This document shows, one piece after another, positions 32,858 to 45,800 of a stretch of 64,000 bases of DNA. The notes beneath the pieces were generated by a model, which saw nothing but the letters and a program-made list of their open reading frames with translations, ran no database searches and was not told the DNA's origin. Both the position numbers and the translations under genes were made by a program. The DNA comes from Amoebidium appalachense (Eukaryota; Protista; Ichthyosporea). Location: the NCBI GenBank assembly GCA_963693365.1, contig CAVNZM010000014.1, forward strand, positions 4,402,001 to 4,466,000, given 5' to 3'. Position 1 is the first letter of the stretch. Every line of letters begins with the position of its first letter.

Positions 32858-33580
32858 ATGTGGACCAGAAGCACTCTGTACACACCATCCACCAATAGGA
32901 ACCCTGTAAACACTGCCAGCAGCAACGATTACCCAAGCAAGATTCGTTCGCCATCCAAAGCAGAGTCCGAAAGGAGTGCGTTTCAGGATGAGTTGTCGAG
33001 GTTGTCTAGGAAGTTTACGGAATCGCTCAGCTTTTTAAAGGAATGTGTCAACAGAGCTTCGCTATTGTCGGTGTCGGAAGAGGAAACCCAAATGAAAAGG
33101 CAGAATCCAGCGACTTTTACGGCCATTCCTATGCACCAGAAAGTATATGCGACAACGTCAAGCAGCTCCCGTCTTTCGGTTTTGTCCAATCAGATCCCCG
33201 GAAAGTCACTTGTCTCCGCCGGCCAATCGACATCTCCCGACGAGATCCCCATGTACCTGGTGGTTAAAATAACCCAAAATAGCAGGGCATTGCAAAAAAA
33301 GGAAACGGCGGATTCAGGCCAAACGGATACTCACACAGGAAAAGGGGTAAGCCAGTGGCTTACCTTCGAGGAAGTGGCCGAGAGTGTCTGCGGTAAGGAT
33401 GAGAGGAAGCATCATGCGCAGCGTGATGCGGAGGGGAACCGTGGGGCCACACTGGGGTATGACTCGAGCATGTACGAAGAAAAAAAGTATTGGTGTGCTG
33501 CCTGCTGCATGCCGGTGTGTGCATGCTTGTGCACGTGTACATATGTGTGTGTCGCGAGGCTGCGCGTGCCTGCATGAGTG

Positions 33581-33678
<98 letters not shown>

Positions 33679-35115
33679 ATGTGTGTGTGGGTGTGTGTGG
33701 ATGTGTGTGTGGGTGTGTGTGTGTGTGTGGGCGGGTGGGTGGATGTGACAGTGTGTGTGTCTGTGTGCATTCACCTGTGTGTGTGTTCGGGGGTGCATTC
33801 CTGCCGGTGCTTGCGCAAGTTTGGGTGTGAATGGCCCCGGGGAATGGAAGCAGGGAAAAGAGCCGGTATGGTAGTGGGCAAATTGGTTAGAAAAAGTGGG
33901 ATGTGCATGAACGTTCATACGCCCCATTCTTCTTGTGTTCGTGCCTGGTGCTTGTGCGTGTTTGTGTGTCCTAGCTGTAGGAAAAGGGAAGGGATTGGGG
34001 AGGGGGGATGGGGGAGGGGTCAAAAGGGGGAAGGGAGACCGGGGAGGGTAATAGGAATGGTGGGGGGGGGCAGGGGCAGGGGAGGGGGAGGGGGGTGGGG
34101 GGGATGAGATGATACTATGGGAGTGATTAGAGTACTGGAATATTTCTTAGGAATACTGAAATATTTCTTAGGAACACTGGAATATTTCGTAGGAATACTG
34201 GAATGTTTCTCAGGAATACTGGAATATTTCGTAGGAATACTGGAATATTTCTTAGGAATACTGGATCGATTCTTACTTCTTGTCTGCAACGGTTACCCAG
34301 TGACTCCAGTAGTATGCGATTGGTCTCTGGCGCCCAATCATCCGAGGGTACAGTGAGTGAGAAAACTTTTGCTGCACGGGGAACCGATATGCGGCCACCA
34401 CACTATAGAACCCCCCACCCAGAGCACGGAGTCGCGCGTGACTCGGCGAGCGCACAAGCAAAGACCCCCAAAAACCAAAATGTAGAAGGGGGCGCTAAAG
34501 AATTTTGTTGGAACGATAAAAACCCGGACATAGTCAGTGGGGCCTACGAGGAGCCAACGAAAATTTCGAGCACGGTGGTCGAGAAAACCAGTAAGAGAGT
34601 TCGCTTTGCGGCTGCCAACCAAGTCAAAATGTTCCAAAAATACCTACGTGCCATGAAAGATCCCGCAGAATTCAGCGAAGATTCCACCTCCGATGAAGAT
34701 ATGGACGAGATATACCAACGAGGTAATCACACTACCACCCCCGTATGGTCGGAAATAGGGTCCCTGCCAGCCACTATGAACACTCTGTGCTGGGGCAGTC
34801 CGACCGAAAATCCGACCGACCTGCTGGCCTCCCTCCAGTCGTAAGAACCCCACACCTTTCCCTGAAACTCTCCTTCTCTGCCCTCCTCCTCCCCCTTACG
34901 TTCCCCCCCCCCCCCCCCCTCCTCCCCCCCGCCACGTACCATTATCCTTTAGACGGTTCCCCCCTTCTCTCTCTCTTTCTCTCTCTCTCTCCGCCTCCCC
35001 ACCTCTCTCTTTTTCTCTCTTTCTCGACTCCCTCCCTCCCTCCATCTCTCTCCTCTCTCTCTCTCTCTCTCTATCTCTCCCCCCTCTCCCCCCTCCCCCC
35101 CTCCCCCCCCCCCCC

Positions 35116-35170
<55 letters not shown>

Positions 35171-35910
35171 CCTCTCTCTCTCCGCCTCTCTCTCTCCCTC
35201 TCCCCCCCCCCCCCCCCCCCTCCCGTCTCTCGATCTCCCTCCCTTCCCCCCCCCCCCTCCCCCCCCCTCTCTCTCCCTCTCCCTCTCCCTCTCCCCACCC
35301 CTCCCCCCCCCCCCGTGTCTCGAGCTCCCCCCCCCCCCCCTCTCTCTCTCCCGCTCCCTCCCTTCCCCCCTCCCTCCTCCTCCCCCCTCGACCTCCCCCC
35401 CCCCCCCCCCCCTCCCCCCCCCCGGCTGCACCTCGATCCGCATTCCCTAGAAAGAGTGCAGGTTTAAGAAAGAAACAGAGGGTCCACAAGGGGGAACCAA
35501 GGAGGAGTGGGTGTTCTAAAAGATTGGGGAAAGGGGGAGGAGGGGGGGGGGGGGGGGAGGGGGGGACCCAGATAGCGGAAAAGTACCGGCTATTTCAGCA
35601 GCAGGATCTAAATTGGCTCGACCGTAAGGGTACAGGTGTGCAGTGAGGGGGAAGGTAGCCTCGCTAGGGGTCTTGCTAGGACACACGGAGATAGCAAGAT
35701 AGAATGCACACTGACGGGTATTTAAACTCAATTGTTTCCACCCAAACAAAAGGCAGCGCGCCATTGACACGGTCAAAGAAGAAATTTCTGTGAAAGTTGC
35801 GCCTCGGCCCTTCGCCGAGACCCCCACCATGCGAATTTTTAACGGTGCAATTAGTGTACCCGGGTCAAGTCACTGGGAAGAGGTCGGTCATGACGGTCGT
35901 CCCTTAGACT

Positions 35911-35969
<59 letters not shown>

Positions 35970-36187
35970 AAAAAAAAACGCAACAAAAATACATGCTTCC
36001 CCCCCCCCCCCCCCCCCTCCCCACACACACACCCTTCCGCCAACCCGAAAAAAGGAAAGAAAGAAAGGAAGAAACACAAACACACACACACACACACACC
36101 CATCCACCCACTCCCACACACACACACAATCACACGTCCGACACCGTTCAATCCCCCCCCCCCCCCCCCCCCCCCCCCCAACGAACA

Positions 36188-36247
<60 letters not shown>

Positions 36248-37183
36248 AACAGACATTCTACCGTAAATTGGATGTCCAAGGTTCTGGTTTCCCTCCCTAC
36301 CGGGGTCAAAGACACCGAGGGCTAAGCGTGTAAGTAGAATTTAGGTTTGTTGATGGTGTGTTTGGCAGGTAACGGCAAAAAAGACCCTAACTAGATTACT
36401 GCAGGTGAGCGGCAGACCTTGGCTCTTATAGGGAGCCCTAAGGTGTCCTCTTCGGGGAAAAATCGATAGAGTGGAAGATTCAAGAAGCTTTGCACTCCCT
36501 CGAGGTCGCATAGGATTATGAACCACCGTACCATTCGATTATTTCTGGTCGGTAGTTTTGTTTTTACATTTCCTTTGGGATCATTGAATAATCGACTGAT
36601 CACAAACAAAGAGGAAAAAAAATTAAAAATACTGAACACTGGACATGTTCGTGCATGCAGGTGGTACTGCGACAGCTCAAGCAGCCCGCCAGCCAATCGG
36701 ATTACGTGGAATCCATCCAGCACGCAGGCCGGGCCAATCAGCTTGCAGCAATCTTCAACTGCCTATTGGACGCCGACCGCATGGGAATCTACGTGGCATG
36801 CTGTGGGCTGCTAATGGTCGAGGAAGACTCGGACCCCTTTGGAAGTGATGATGACGACAGCGAGGGGTGCGTTTTGAAGACTATGGATTGTGCTTGGGTT
36901 GGTTTGGTTTTAAAGTGAGCAGATACTGTTTTCCAGTTGTGCCTTTTTTTTTTTTTTTTTTTTAACCTGTTGTGTCACTGAATTTGGTATGTAGCTGGTG
37001 TTTCTTGCCCGGTATGCAACTCTTCACTTTTTTTTTTTTTTTAACCATGAAAAGCAACAAGAACCCAGGTGGTAGCATGTCATGGGCTGACACACGCACC
37101 CCCACACACGCCCTCAACCACACAGCAGCACACACATGCACACAAACGCACGCCGGTCCCTCCCCCTTTCCCCCCCTCCCCCC

Positions 37184-37216
<33 letters not shown>

Positions 37217-37567
37217 CCCCAGCGGATACACACATGCACGCACAGGCGGCGCAGGCACGGACACACGCAGGCACGCACACACACACACACGTGCGGGCGC
37301 ATGCGTGCGCGCACACACACACACACACAGACACACACACACAACACACGCGCGCACACACACACACAGCAGCAGCACCCAAGTCTACCTTCTAGACCGG
37401 TTCCGCCACCCCCACGACCTCCTAGAGTACCGCTCACAGTGCATCTCCTGCCGTGGCTGGGCCCCCTTAGATGACCCCCTAGACCCTTTCATCCGCCTGA
37501 GCCACACGGCCACTAGGGGCACCACCATGCCAGTCGACATTAAGGTGAATCCACATTTTGTTTCCCT

Positions 37568-37598
<31 letters not shown>

Positions 37599-37796
37599 AA
37601 TCCCCCCATCCCCTTCCGCCCTTTTTGTACATCTTTTCAACTATAATGGAGGAAGTATACCGCATGGTAAAGCGGCGAGGAACAGAGGTTGTGAAGGTTT
37701 GGGAGCCATAAGAGAACCCCCCCCCCTCCCCCTCCCCCTCCGCCCCCGTCCCCCCCCCCCCCCCTCCCCCCCCCCCCCGAAAAAAACAAACAAAAA

Positions 37797-37834
<38 letters not shown>

Positions 37835-38997
37835 GAAAAGCACACCCACACAAGGGCATGCACGAAAGAAAGTAAACAGAAGAAAATTACGTACACTTGT
37901 GAACATTGTTACAGTCAGTGACCCATCACCATAGTAACAATCTCCTTTGCGTTTTTCTCTGCCGCATTGGGATACTGAAGAAGGATCCCCCCACCTACAG
38001 GGGGGGGGAGAAAGGAGGGGGGTGAGTGGGGGAGGGGGGGGGGGGTTCGTGTGTAGTAAAGCTCTTAAACTAATGATTCCTACAACAAATAATCCTCGAA
38101 CTATACCCCTTAGTTTCCCTTGCTAGTTCTGTTCCCACTACCTTAAGTCTATGGTAGGTGACAGGAACTCAACGAGGGACCGGTGGGGAGGGGGGGGGGG
38201 GGGGGGGGAGGGGGAGGGGAGGGGGGGGTGGGGTGGGGGGGGGGGGGGAAGGGGAACAAATGCTCGTGTGCAATGACTGGAAATTCCAACAATGCATTAA
38301 CGCTTTATAAACAGCTCAAGTAGATCAACCCAAAAAACAATAATACGATGAAGCCGTGTAACTTTAGGTAGACCTACCCTTTCTGGACATTCAAAGTCTG
38401 AAGCAATGTACTGATCCGCAGGGCGCAAAGTCTGTGGAGCACTACGTGGTGTCAGAGGTGACCGTGTTCCATTGGCCGGATATCATGCACACGGCCCCGC
38501 CAACCAACCACCCACTGACAAAACCGTCCACCAATAAGAGAGCTCCGCCCAGTCCTTCGACCAATCAGAGAATCTCAAGGCCTGTGTATATGTCACGTGA
38601 TAACCAGCCAATCACGAACCGACCCGATTCCACTCAATCGTCAGCCCGTGAAAAGGGTTACCCTGTCGAAAACGCCAAGCAACCAATCAAAAAGTCCCCA
38701 CCCGCTGACATAAAACCAATCGCCGGTGTTCTTCCATCCGCATCACCCAACAAGGTTTGTGGCTCGCAAAAGCCAACCAACCAGAAGACACATGCACACG
38801 TTCCATTGACCAATGGGAGCGCACCTGTGTCGCCAGCAGCCAATCGGAAAGCTTATGCTCAGGACGTACGTGCCCCAGCTACCAATCACAATTCAGCATG
38901 GAGCTACCGAGATGTCGCGGCCGGTGTCGGCAAGAGGAAGGCCGAGGGTGTGGAATGCAAGGAGCCTCCGTGCAAGAGAGGGTGTGCCAACAAGTGA
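32858..38997 (+). CDS. Divergent alpha-kinase paralogue, probable pseudokinase, with no vWA domain; exons ~32858-33492, ~34300-34840, 35753-35882, 36661-36866, ~37370-37544, 38422-38997
   Basis: Exon-by-exon similarity to the neighbour: [15 protein letters not shown] vs LKIAPVPFATGGTRM; [27 protein letters not shown] vs VVLKQFK..DYLAQIDTHAVAVFLAGKFN; [19 protein letters not shown]|G vs FSMWTHDVTGGNIMVADLQ|G; YVVSEVTV vs LQLTDPVI. The four kinase-region introns coincide in position and phase. Boundaries of the first two exons are uncertain. Confidence 0.75.
34131..34265. repeat. 21-bp tandem repeat (TACTGGAATATTTCTTAGGAA), about 6 copies
   Basis: Direct tandem units are visible. Confidence 0.9.
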
Positions 38998-40165
38998 TTG
39001 GTGGACGGTTGCTTTGTGTCACTATGGATAGCCATGGATCGTGACACTGGTGTAGGTTGTGTACGTGCACAGCCCTTGGGTGAGTGTGCAAACACACGAG
39101 CGCATACACTCCATTTTGAAGACATTTGTGAGCAACAGGTTTGTGTATGAGTCTGAAATGTTGGCCAAAGTGTATGTAGGTTTTCTTATTAGTCTCCCCC
39201 CCCCCCCCCCCCCCCCCCCACCACACACACACACAAACCCCCACCCACACAGTTTTTTTAATACCTTTTTTGCCTTTCTTCTACTTGCACTTAGGTGTTC
39301 TAGTCCTAACCTTCCCTTTTCTTTTTCTCTTTGTTTTGCCAGGTTGTTTGGTGCTTGAGTACATAGGTGGAGTGCATGTACAGAAGGCCGAAAATTATCA
39401 TTGTTTCCAAGTCGGAGGAGTGTTTTTCTTGATTTCGTTTAAGTGGATAGCAATTTAAACCTGCTGCGTTACACCCTCCAAAGAAGGGGGAGAATCATTA
39501 GAAAACGAAGCATATGCATGCTCCTACCATTGTGGAGTTATGGCATACATTTCTAGTATTGAAAATGTTATCATGTGGTCTTTGGTTACATACATGACTT
39601 TATTATTTACATACATTGGAATATGCCGCAGTGCTCATTTTGCACAAGCACGACGACAGGTTGATGGCAAGAAAACAAAGTATGGCGACGGTGTTCTGAG
39701 ATTGACTGCATCCCCTCACAAGAGGCATCAATAATATCGGATATGCGGGGAAAGAAGGGGGGGTTGGGGAGTGGAAGGGGGAGAGGGGAGGGGGGAGAAG
39801 AAGGTGGTCGGGGGTCTACCCCCACTCTTGGTGTGCACGTGAGTGCACAGACGTCCGCGACACACGCACACACAAACACACACACACACACGCACACACA
39901 TGCACGCACACCCGCACAACCGCACACCCACACACCCGCACACACACACACACCCGCACACACACACACACAAGCGCGCACACACACACCGTGTGCACAC
40001 ACATACTCACACACCATTGGGCTTGTGGACCTTGTGGGATGGGAGGACTCCTTGTTCCTTACAATGCACTTTACAACGATGTTGGAGCTGCAGCAACTGG
40101 TCCCCACCATACACACTGACTGTGCCCTAACTGAATTTAACCATGACATCACCACCTCATCCCCC

Positions 40166-40200
<35 letters not shown>

Positions 40201-40851
40201 TTCCCCCTCAGCAACTTCATCTAAAGGCCATTTGGCAGCATAGCTTTCACAGTGAATGTTGACATATATCGTGTCTCTCGTTAACTTGGAAAGCTGACTG
40301 CATGCTATACGGTTCAAAAATGAACGAATCATGTTACCGATTCGAAAACCACGCCGTGCATAAACCACTTCTTAACAGCAAGTGCACAGATAAGCATGGA
40401 CACGCTCCTACCGGATCCGGATCATTCACAGACTAATGGCAGGGATCTGTGCACACAAGCCAGTGATGCACAAAAAACACTGTTGACACAATACTCCTCA
40501 CACAAATTCCAACCATTACCTAAGAGCTCTACCTATCTGGATCTGGAAAACATGGATTACCCTGAGTATTGAAGGAATTGATGTCCACCACGCTCATGTG
40601 CATGGGCCTACTGTATACATGCCGGAGCATGAGCAGCCACACACAATTAATTACTTTATGCAAAAAGAGGCATACACGCACACACACACACACACGCACG
40701 GGACACAAACAAACGGCATCCCCAGGAGGCATCGTCACATGCACGTGACAGCACGCCCATGGCCCAACTAAAGCTTCAATCTAATTATATGTTCGCAACG
40801 AGGTGATCACCTGAGCCTCGCCTCTCAGTAGCAAATCTATGGCACATGGAC

Positions 40852-41226
40852 CACTTCACTATGCTGTAATAGAGATCTCTGGGCATGCACGCACGCTTAC
40901 TAACGTTCCCATTTTAAACGTGCAAGGCGTTTATACAAAGAAAAGCAAGGCGTTTATACAAAGAAAACAAAAAGATTTGATAAGCACAACTGAGCTTTCA
41001 TGATCGATGATCAACTGTGCCAGGGCCAGGAAACTCGATTACGACACTTCATTATGCTGTAATAGAGATCTCTGGGCATGCACGCACGCTTACTAACGTG
41101 CCCATTTTAAACATGCAAGGCGTTTATACAAAGAAAAGCAAGGCGTTTATATAAAGAAAACAAAAAGATTTGATAAGCACAACTGAGCTTTCATGATCGA
41201 TGATCAGCCAGGAAACTCGATTACGA
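40852..41226. repeat. Tandem duplication of about 190 bp (40852-41044 and 41045-41226), each copy containing an internal ~24-bp doublet GCAAGGCGTTTATACAAAGAAAA
   Basis: Two near-identical copies differing by a few substitutions and one ~11-nt deletion. Confidence 0.92.
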
Positions 41227-41414
41227 ATAGATCTATTCATGATTGTCCGATGTGTGAGCTAGCAACCAATAAAACCAAAATTGCAACCTACCTCTGAAGG
41301 TTGGTGTCCTAAGTTCACAGTAATGGAGGTAGAAGCAGTGCTCGAAAAAATATACGCATCGCACGTTGTCACCTCAGCCTTGAAATTTTGTTGAGCCACT
41401 GCTGCAGGTTCAAA

Positions 41415-41530
41415 GCACATCGATTCAGTCGCACATCGATTCAGTCGCACATCGATTCAGTCGCACACATCGATTCAGTCGCACACATCGATTCAGTCGC
41501 ACACATCGATTCAGTCGCACACATCGATTC
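41415..41530 (+). repeat. Seven copies of a 16-18-bp unit (ACATCGATTCAGTCGCAC) upstream of LINE ORF1
   Basis: ATCGATTC cores at about 41419, 41435, 41451, 41469, 41487, 41505 and 41523. Confidence 0.9.
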
Positions 41531-41636
41531 AAATGTCGCTCTTTATTATCTGCTAATAAATAGTATCCTTCGCGCATCCACCCCTAAACCAGGCCATCCG
41601 TGGCCCTAAGGGCCGGGGAACACCCCCATCCATGTC

Positions 41637-42821
41637 ATGGCACATGCCTATAATCGTTTCAGAACCTCTTTCAAAGTTCCATCTACACCCATCACACATG
41701 TGCGACCATTAAAACGTCCAGCAGATACACCTACCACAGATGCACAACCAGAAAAACATCGCCTTAGACTAAGCGCAACACCTATTTACAATACACTACC
41801 CATTCAGAATAACACCACACCACTCCGTAGAAACACAATAACAACCATGCCGAAACTTTCGGTTGATACAGTACTGGCAGAACTTGCCCTCGTTAAGAAA
41901 CAGCTAAATGAGCTGTTACCACTCAAGAACATGATAGAAAAACTCCAAACAGAAAATACCCAACTCAAGCTCACCATTGATTCACTCACAGCCCAGCTAA
42001 ACATTAGTGGATCGCAAAACCCCAAAACTCATGAGCAAACATCTCGCGACGGAGACATTTCCACCCCAACACAAAACAACACAGGACCGGAAGCACAGCT
42101 CCCGGCAGAGTTCCTAGAATATGCGAACTCTCGTAAAACACCCGAGCTCCGCCAAATTGCCAAGGAAACATATGCCAGCATTCTTGCAGGCAACGAGTAC
42201 CGCCGCAACTCCCCTCCCAAACCGCCGGCTAAGGGGAACACCCAAGCAAACGGTAACATCAACATCCCACCCAAATACGAGAGGGTGTATTTCAAAGTCA
42301 AGCACGGCAGACGCCCACACAGGGCCATGTGGTCCATCTTCAAGGCTCTCGGCTTCCGGTGCTCTCGCATCCTTTGTCTGTCCTTCATTGGATACGATGT
42401 GCTGGAAGTAGCAGTACGGGGCGACTATAACCGTGCGTTCATCCGTGACGCGACAAAGGGGTGTGGAAGCTTCTTCACCCACCTCCCAAGCTACGACCCA
42501 TGCGCGCCGGAAAACATTCAGAAAGCAGACAAAGAACGTAAAGTGTCTGCTAAGAATGCGTGCGCCACACGTTGTCGTGTACGCATCAGCAAGGCAAAAG
42601 AGTTCCTCGCAAAGTTGGAAAACGATGCTACGAGCGTGATAGACACGGACACGAAGGAACCAATGTTTTCTGGTGAGAAACTGCTCGAGCGCAAACGCCG
42701 ATGCGAGATGGAAATCGAGCTCTTCTGCGAACTGTTCGCGCTGGCGGAAGGTCGTGCATACGACCCCGTAAGCGACAAGTGGGAACCAACCCCACAGGTG
42801 TCGGACCAAACCGATGCCTAA
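41637..42821 (+). CDS. LINE ORF1 protein (394 aa; heptad coiled-coil followed by a putative RRM-like region)
   Basis: Uninterrupted ORF directly upstream of ORF2. Coiled-coil LAELALVKKQLNELLPLKNMIEKLQTENTQLKLTIDSL. No CCHC knuckle seen. Confidence 0.8.
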   Translation: MAHAYNRFRTSFKVPSTPITHVRPLKRPADTPTTDAQPEKHRLRLSATPIYNTLPIQNNTTPLRRNTITTMPKLSVDTVLAELALVKKQLNELLPLKNMIEKLQTENTQLKLTIDSLTAQLNISGSQNPKTHEQTSRDGDISTPTQNNTGPEAQLPAEFLEYANSRKTPELRQIAKETYASILAGNEYRRNSPPKPPAKGNTQANGNINIPPKYERVYFKVKHGRRPHRAMWSIFKALGFRCSRILCLSFIGYDVLEVAVRGDYNRAFIRDATKGCGSFFTHLPSYDPCAPENIQKADKERKVSAKNACATRCRVRISKAKEFLAKLENDATSVIDTDTKEPMFSGEKLLERKRRCEMEIELFCELFALAEGRAYDPVSDKWEPTPQVSDQTDA

Positions 42822-45800
42822 TTTATCCTTTTTCTTCTGGAATGCTCGGACACTGGGCCCCCAAAAGGGCCTCCCCCCCGGGACACTCGACGATAAAATC
42901 AGCTACATACAACAACAGACAAACAACCACACGTTTACAGTGATTTGCGAAACACAGTTTAAAAACCACCACAAATTCAACTCTACATTGGTCGACACAT
43001 CCACACACCCCGGTTACGCGAAAAACCGAGGCATTATTGTACTTGCCGCACCACACGTGAGAGTGAAGTGCAAACCGGTAGCAAAAACGGAATTCTCGGT
43101 TTCTATAGAGTTTCTTTCTAATGTTTTTACTTTTGTATATTACCCACCATCTATGTCGGTTGTCGAATTGACTCACGAGTTGTCACAGTTACCAATGTCC
43201 ACTGTTATTTTAGGTGATTTTAACACGCGACTCCACCACACAGACACACTGCAAGTGAGTGTCGGGTACCCATCTAAGCCCCCGGAGCGTGCTATCCCTT
43301 TAGCAAGGTATGTCCAAAGTCACACTTTGCGGTTCCCTCAAATATCCCATGCCCACAACACCGACTGGGGAGTGGCCTTTTGGCCATCAACCATGTCAAA
43401 ACTCTCTCTCCCTCCTAACCTCTCTAGGTCATCTGACCACTCTCCTATCCTTTTCCTACCTAAGATCTCCCTTGATCTGCTCCCCCCTCCCCCTCCCACC
43501 TTTCGCCTCCGTCTATCCCAGCTTAAGTCACAGTGGGGTAGAGTTGATGTATGTGTATGCTATGCTACGAAACACCCTATATATATGCGCCTATTAGAAT
43601 CTGCACAAGCCAGGCCAGATTCACATCTCGTACTAGATACATGCACTAACTTTATTGTTGATGATTTGATAGATCTCGGTGATTATGCTGGCGGTGGTAG
43701 GAAGGAATATCCCGATGCTCTCTTGTTACCAAACACCACTCCCGCTAGACTAGGTGAACCCCTGTCTCAAAAGGAAAGCTTGCGCCGGCTTGCTAGTATG
43801 AATCGATTTGGCCCCCCTGCTCGTATTATTGGTGATACCACTGGAGACCCCCTCATAGACTCTGATAAGTATTTCTCGGAACTGTTTAAAGATAGGACCC
43901 CCGCTCAGAAACCTATTGTGTGGCCTGTAGACCCATCTATCCCCATAGAATCGATCCTCCCCTTTTTCAGTCCCGATGCCATATGGTCTGTGATATCTAG
44001 TTATAGCTCTAGTAAGTCTTGTGGACCTGATGGACTCCCTGCTGGGTTTCTTAAAATCCTTGTTCCCTCCTACCCACAAAAGGAAAGTGATCGTGCTATT
44101 AAACCTGATCTTACTATCATGTTAAGCTCTCTCTTTTCTTGGTGTGTTAAATGTGGACATGTCCCGTCATCTTGGTTAGATACCTTAGTGATCCCCATAG
44201 TTAAGAAGGACTCTGAGGGCCCCATATCATCCTTTCGCCCCATTACACTAACCCAGGTTGTTCGTAGATTCTTTGAAGCTTGCTTACTTAGGTTATTTGC
44301 ACATCACCCTAGGTTTCAATCTATTCTTCACATACACCCATGCCAATCCGCTTTTCGTAAAAACAATTCATGTTATGTTCAAATAATGGCACTGCACGAT
44401 TCTATGCAAGTTGGTGCACAATATGTTGGCTTTATTGATTGGAAAACTGCTTACGATTCTGTCTCCCCTGGTCTCCTATGGGAAAAGCTTGCTGCACGGG
44501 GTGTACCACACTGCATTGGTGTTCTGTTAGAAGCACTCTTGTCTCAAACCTATGGTAGAGCTGTGGTTAATGGGCATCTTTCATATGGTTTTGCTCGTAC
44601 TAGAGGTCTCTTGCAGGGCTCATTGCTTAGCCCCTTTTTGTTTAACCTATTTATAGATGATTTGGCTGTCAAGATTTACGCCGAAAACGATGACCCTATT
44701 AATAACTTTCCGCCTGCACTTCTCTATGCTGATGATCTGTCCCTCCTTGCCCGTACCCCTAGACGCCTGCAAAGATTGTTCGATGTAGTGTCAGAGTGGT
44801 GCAAGGCAAACCTTATGATCCTTAACATAGACAAATGTGGTGTTCTTGTACCTGATATAGCTAACAATTTACACACATTTACATTATCATCTAAACCTGT
44901 ACCTATAGTTCCAGAATACAAATATCTTGGTGTTCCGGTTGATTCTGTTGGTGTTATGTTTCCCCATATGGTCGAAAAGAGGGTAGAGTTGGCTCGTAAG
45001 CGGTTAGCTTTCTTCTCGGCTAATATTTTTAAAGACACACCCCTCCATCCTTCTATTAGACTTACATTTATTCGCACTTTTGTCTTCCCGGCATGTGAAT
45101 ATGGTTTACCCCTTCTCGCCGCTTGGATCAAGAAAGAGAGAACTAGAGCGCTTAAACCCTTGGCAAATTTCCTTGAAGCAGAAGTTGCCTCCTTTCTATC
45201 TAACAACTGTTGTAAACCTGGGCCTGTAACGCTCTCGATATATGGTCTGGTCCCAATAGCTGCTAGAGTATCCTATCTCGCGCTGAAATTCAATAAGCAC
45301 ATAAGCCGCTTAAAGAAGTATTTGCCCTCCCACCCTCTCTTCTCTATCCGACCTGTCCCCTCCTCACCTCTCCCCTCTTTCCTCCCCTCTCTCTCCCCTT
45401 CTCCCCTGGGCACAAATACAAATAAACCCCGCAATAGTGTGTGTGTGACTTTGGACTGCCACTTACTTATTAAACATGTACACAATCACAAGATAATCAC
45501 GCAATATAACAAATGGAAAAAGATACCAAACGACACTAGACCCGATGAAAGCATACACCTTGAAAAACTAAGCCTTATGTCTCGTTTTATATATACTGAC
45601 CGCCTCAACCATATTGCCAAATATGGCACTCGCAAGTGTATAACACCTAAATACATATTACCTTCCTGTAGAACTGGTCTTTCTCTAGCTGATGGTATTA
45701 TTGATCAATTACCACGCTTTTACTGTACACGTGCTATACAGTGGAGATCTAATAAGTATAAGGTGGCATCATTTGCATGCCCAAACAACACACACACACA

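Noticed and set aside
41415-41530. CRISPR-like appearance of short repeat arrays (also 168-773, 5010-5340, 34131-34265)
   Set aside because: Units are head-to-tail or separated by homopolymers, with no unique spacers and no cas genes, in a eukaryotic context.
41560-41636. Possible HDV-like ribozyme at the LINE 5' end (hairpins GGCCCTAAGGGCC, GGGGAACACCCC)
   Set aside because: I could not build the nested double pseudoknot (P1/P1.1/P2/P3, catalytic C) by eye. Only simple hairpins are supported; an Infernal or RNArobo search would be needed.
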